This document shows, piece by piece, positions 60,895-64,000 of a stretch of 64,000 nucleotides of DNA. The stretch spans positions 11,134 through 75,133 of the forward strand of contig DATDTM010000012.1 of the NCBI GenBank assembly GCA_035290865.1, in the 5' to 3' direction. The position numbers and the translations under genes are program-made. Position 1 is the first letter of the stretch. Each line of letters begins with the position of its first letter. The notes beneath the pieces are model-generated. The model was not told the origin of the DNA. It searched no databases and saw only the letters and a list, made by a program, of their open reading frames with translations. The stretch comes from Candidatus Nanoarchaeia archaeon (lineage in GTDB: Archaea > Nanobdellota > Nanobdellia > Woesearchaeales > GW2011-AR9).

Positions 60895-61128
60895 TTGGTT
60901 AAAGTTAAGAGCATGGAGAGAACAATTGTTGAAGAAATGTGGGGGATTTACTCTCTATCATATGTAAAGAAAAGAATGTCAAAAGAAAGAGAAGAGCTGG
61001 ACAAACGCTATTATCAAAGAGCTACAGCGGGTGAAAGATTTGGCAGAGTGTTATATGACGCAATGGTAAATTTGTTGAAAGAGGCTTCAGATTACAGGAC
61101 ACAAAACCAGAAAAACACTGAAAAATAA
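60895..61128 (+). CDS. small ORF 1 upstream of the radical-SAM gene
   Basis: 77 aa; same strand and tightly spaced with ORF2, ORF3 and the rSAM gene. Confidence 0.35.
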   Translation: MVKVKSMERTIVEEMWGIYSLSYVKKRMSKEREELDKRYYQRATAGERFGRVLYDAMVNLLKEASDYRTQNQKNTEK

Positions 61129-61140
61129 AAGGGATACAAA

Positions 61141-61404
61141 ATGCCAAGAGAGAATAATATTTTCCAAAGAGAGATTAGATGTCACGTCCCAGATTCATAC
61201 GATGTATATTCGGGGGATATAATCGCAGTAATTTATCCTGACGGCCGGTCAGAAGTATTATGCGGATACGCGGTTAGAAGACACAATAATGGAGATCCAA
61301 TTATCGCCTGTTCTCTGAAAGAGAAGGACAGATTTGATGAAAAATTGTATCACAAAACTTCATGTGGGTATAATATTCAAAGAGAGTTAACGGATCAGTA
61401 CTGA
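61141..61404 (+). CDS. small ORF 2 (four Cys) upstream of the radical-SAM gene
   Basis: 87 aa; Cys at positions 14, 41, 57 and 75. Confidence 0.4.
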   Translation: MPRENNIFQREIRCHVPDSYDVYSGDIIAVIYPDGRSEVLCGYAVRRHNNGDPIIACSLKEKDRFDEKLYHKTSCGYNIQRELTDQY

Positions 61405-61437
61405 AATAAAAAGTTAAAACAATGGAGGGTATTAAAA

Positions 61438-61656
61438 ATGGTTGTATCTGAACAGTCTTTTGAAACGCTCGGAGCGTTATACCAACGCTATATTTTACAG
61501 AAGGACTCTTCTAAAGCAAGTGGGGATTTAAGTACCCCAGCATTAGATTACATCGTTGCCGAAACTGAATCGATGAGGGGCTATGATAAATGCAATCGGC
61601 AATATAGCGATTATAGAGATCGCGGTAAGTGTAGGTGTATACTGTTTTCAAGTTAG
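61438..61656 (+). CDS. small ORF 3, candidate precursor peptide with Cys-rich C-terminus
   Basis: 72 aa ending ...KCNRQYSDYRDRGKCRCILFSS; GGAGGG Shine-Dalgarno 8 nt upstream. Confidence 0.45.
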   Translation: MVVSEQSFETLGALYQRYILQKDSSKASGDLSTPALDYIVAETESMRGYDKCNRQYSDYRDRGKCRCILFSS

Positions 61657-61716
61657 AAGCAGCTATTTTGGTAGTTCAGCTTTATTAAACAGTAATGATT
61701 TTTCAGCACCATAAAA

Positions 61717-62874
61717 ATGAAAATATCTCGGCCAGATAAGTTTCCTCTTACGGTAATAGTTAAACCCACTAAGAGATGTAATTTAAGTTGTAAGTACTGT
61801 TATGAAGACACCAGCAGAGATAACAAATCAATGGATAATTCTACCCTCGAAAAGGTAATCTTTGAGGTTTTGGCTTACAATGACCAAGCTTTTGGGAATG
61901 GAAAGTTTGTGCAGGAAACAGAATTTATCTGGCATGGCGGGGAACCATTACTGATGGGAAAAGACTTTTTCCAAAAAATTAAATCGCTTCAACAAGAATA
62001 TTTAAGCGGTCGGACTGACCACAAAGTTAAAAATGGAGTGCAATCTAATCTAACTTTATTGACCCCGGAACTCTGGACTTTCTTAAGAGATGAAGATTTT
62101 GTGGTTGGTTCCAGTTTAGATGGTTCTAAAGAAATCCATGACCGTTGTCGGGTATACCAAAATGGTGAAGGGTCTTATAAAGCAGTAATAGAAGCCATAG
62201 ATTATACTAGACCAACATCAAGATCATTCTCTCCTATAGGTGTTTTAGTTGTTTTAACTAAAGACAAGTTAGATCAAATCTCCGAGCTGTATCATTTCTT
62301 TAAACAACAAAGAATCAATTTTGATTTTGGTCAATTATCTGTTGCCGGAAAAGCAGAAGAGAACCGAAGTTCACTGGAGGTGAGTGCGGAAGAATGGGGA
62401 AAAGCAATTATAGAGCTTTTTGATTTATGGTTTTATGATACCACTGAACCTTCTCTTTATATCTCTGAGTTAGTTAAATCTGCTGCAGGAGTTCTTAGTG
62501 GAAGTATTTCCTCATGTATGTTTTCAGGAAATTGTCGCCAAAGTTATATTTCTATAAACCCCAATGGAGAGGTATACCCTTGTGGACGTTTTGGAGCAGA
62601 AGAAACTTTTAAACTAGGGAATATTAATGCTCAGAGTCTCGCAGAAATTATGCAATCCCCCACCCAAAATTATTTACTCTCCCGAGATATAAGAACTATT
62701 GAAGATTGTAACGGATGTGAATATAAAAGCCTTTGCAACGGTGGTTGTTTTTATAATGCGTACTTAGCAACTGGTGATATTTTCCAGAAAGATCCACTTT
62801 GTGAAGGATATAAAATGGTTTACAAACATATTAGTAAAAGACTACAAGAACAATTAACTCAATTATTGATTTAG
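61717..62874 (+). CDS. radical SAM / SPASM-domain peptide-modifying enzyme (anSME-like)
   Basis: CNLSCKYC (CxxxCxxC) near the N-terminus; C-terminal SPASM CNGCEYKSLCNGGC and further Cys. Confidence 0.85.
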   Translation: MKISRPDKFPLTVIVKPTKRCNLSCKYCYEDTSRDNKSMDNSTLEKVIFEVLAYNDQAFGNGKFVQETEFIWHGGEPLLMGKDFFQKIKSLQQEYLSGRTDHKVKNGVQSNLTLLTPELWTFLRDEDFVVGSSLDGSKEIHDRCRVYQNGEGSYKAVIEAIDYTRPTSRSFSPIGVLVVLTKDKLDQISELYHFFKQQRINFDFGQLSVAGKAEENRSSLEVSAEEWGKAIIELFDLWFYDTTEPSLYISELVKSAAGVLSGSISSCMFSGNCRQSYISINPNGEVYPCGRFGAEETFKLGNINAQSLAEIMQSPTQNYLLSRDIRTIEDCNGCEYKSLCNGGCFYNAYLATGDIFQKDPLCEGYKMVYKHISKRLQEQLTQLLI

Positions 62875-63108
62875 AATAATTAAAATGAATGAGTACAGAT
62901 ATTCAATTAACCTAAAAAAGGCTTTTCTAATCCCTGAACAATAAAATGTATTTTCTCTTACCACCAAAAATTCGGAGACATTTATGTTTTTTGGATCGGT
63001 CATTAAAAACAGGTGGACTGGGTTTTTATCTTTTCCAAGAGATGGTTGAATATAATCAAAATGATTTAATTTAAACTAAATATTTTCATAAAAATTTATC
63101 TGTCAATC

Positions 63109-63253
63109 GGAAACCGCCCACCACCGGTCACAGACCGGTGGCATGCTCGCTCCCTTCGGTCGCTCGGGGCGGTTTCCTCAGACCCTGAATTTTCCACGAA
63201 ATGCAATCTCGCTGAAGCTTATGCCACCAGTGTAACACTGGTGGAAAATTCAG
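63109..63253. repeat. MITE-like composite (GGAAACCGCC TIR element with family-2 core + family 4)
   Basis: GGAAACCGCC...GGCGGTTTCC inverted repeats enclosing CACCACCGGTCACAGACCGGTGGCATGCTCGC. Followed by CTGAATTTTCCAC...GTGGAAAATTCAG. Confidence 0.7.
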
Positions 63254-63670
63254 ATTTTACTGGCCATCTTATTATCTGGCCTTTCAACTTCTAATACAAT
63301 TTTTTGCTTGTTCTTTGAGAGATATTCTTTCAGTAAGTCTGTTCCATTCCTTTTTCCCTAAATTCTTCTTTTATTGCCAAATATTCCATAACCCATAAAT
63401 CTCCAAAATCCCAATTAGTAACTATTGCAACTATTTTTTATCTTTAATAACAATGGAGAAAAAAGAGTATCGCTTGTTTTTAATCAGCTTTTTCTGTAAA
63501 TCCATTGTTCTTCTTTCGTCTGAAGGGAAAGAAGATTCATATATCCCCCACACTCCTCTAAATTCTGCTGAATTCTCGTCTCTTATTTTGATGAATCCCA
63601 TCTTGCAAGTGATAAGATTTAATCTTTTATTTATTGGGCTATTTATTGAGTAATATGAAGATGAGCCGAA

Positions 63671-64000
63671 TTATTCCACTGCAAAACTCCCCGCAACCAG
63701 CAGCGGAAAAGCGATCGTCGCATCGCAGTGGATTTTTACATTGGGAGCATTAACTTTTACCTTGCCCCAGGTAATCGCCTCTTCCACTCTCGCTCCTGAA
63801 TCCGAGCCGTCATATTCCTGGGCAGTATTGATATAAACTACAAAATCAAACCCTTCTTTGAAAATATTGGCATTGAGAGCAAAATGTTTGCTGATCCCAC
63901 CTCCTAAAATTATTCCTCCGGTCTTCTCAGAGTTTAATACCAGCTGAACTATATCTTTCATCTCTTTGGCTATATCAATCAGAAAATCCGGATGGCTCTG
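63671..64000 (-). CDS. dys: deoxyhypusine synthase (C-terminal part; gene continues beyond window end)
   Basis: GGGISKH and EYDGSDSGA motifs of DHS. Reading frame open to position 64000. Confidence 0.8.
   Translation of the reverse strand, partial: QSHPDFLIDIAKEMKDIVQLVLNSEKTGGIILGGGISKHFALNANIFKEGFDFVVYINTAQEYDGSDSGARVEEAITWGKVKVNAPNVKIHCDATIAFPLLVAGSFAVE

Noticed and set aside
1-64000. CRISPR arrays / rRNA genes
   Set aside because: No regularly spaced direct repeats with unique spacers, and no rRNA-like conserved segments, were found on reading the sequence.

Overview
This is an AT-rich (~33% GC) archaeal chromosomal window. Archaeal markers include aIF2-gamma, Alba, ribosomal protein S17e, SecE, Spt5, a class-I archaeal CCA-adding enzyme, a diphthamide synthase (Dph2) fragment, deoxyhypusine synthase (partial, at the window end), CDC48, and 'Arch_ATPase' family ATPases. 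The window is dense with genes, but accessory-type content is interspersed among the housekeeping genes.

Housekeeping genes: glycerol kinase sits beside a lipid locus (GDPD, UbiA prenyltransferase, CDP-alcohol phosphatidyltransferase). There is an Obg-like GTPase, an ABC exporter, a class II LysRS, endonuclease IV and a METTL5-like methyltransferase.

RNA genes found by reading the sequence: an SRP (7S) RNA, a tRNA-Gly(CCC) carrying a 45-nt non-canonical intron in the T-arm, and a further ~200-nt GC-rich candidate ncRNA of unknown identity.

Repeats: at least four related families of short hairpin-rich MITE-like repeats are scattered through the window. One composite copy pair forms a ~200-bp inverted repeat that brackets the class II lysyl-tRNA synthetase gene.

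Accessory content: a duplicated Dus / unknown-protein pair is separated by HepT/MNT and HEPN/NTase toxin-antitoxin modules. Both unknown-protein paralogs carry a conserved GC-rich codon patch. Other items are VapBC, a RelE-like protein, a Fic protein, two divergent archaeal ATPases (one bracketed by 19-bp repeats), and a compositionally foreign GC-rich gene.

Best candidate for an undescribed system: a putative RiPP-like cluster in which three small Cys-containing ORFs lie immediately upstream of a radical-SAM/SPASM maturase (60.9-62.9 kb). No CRISPR array and no rRNA were found.
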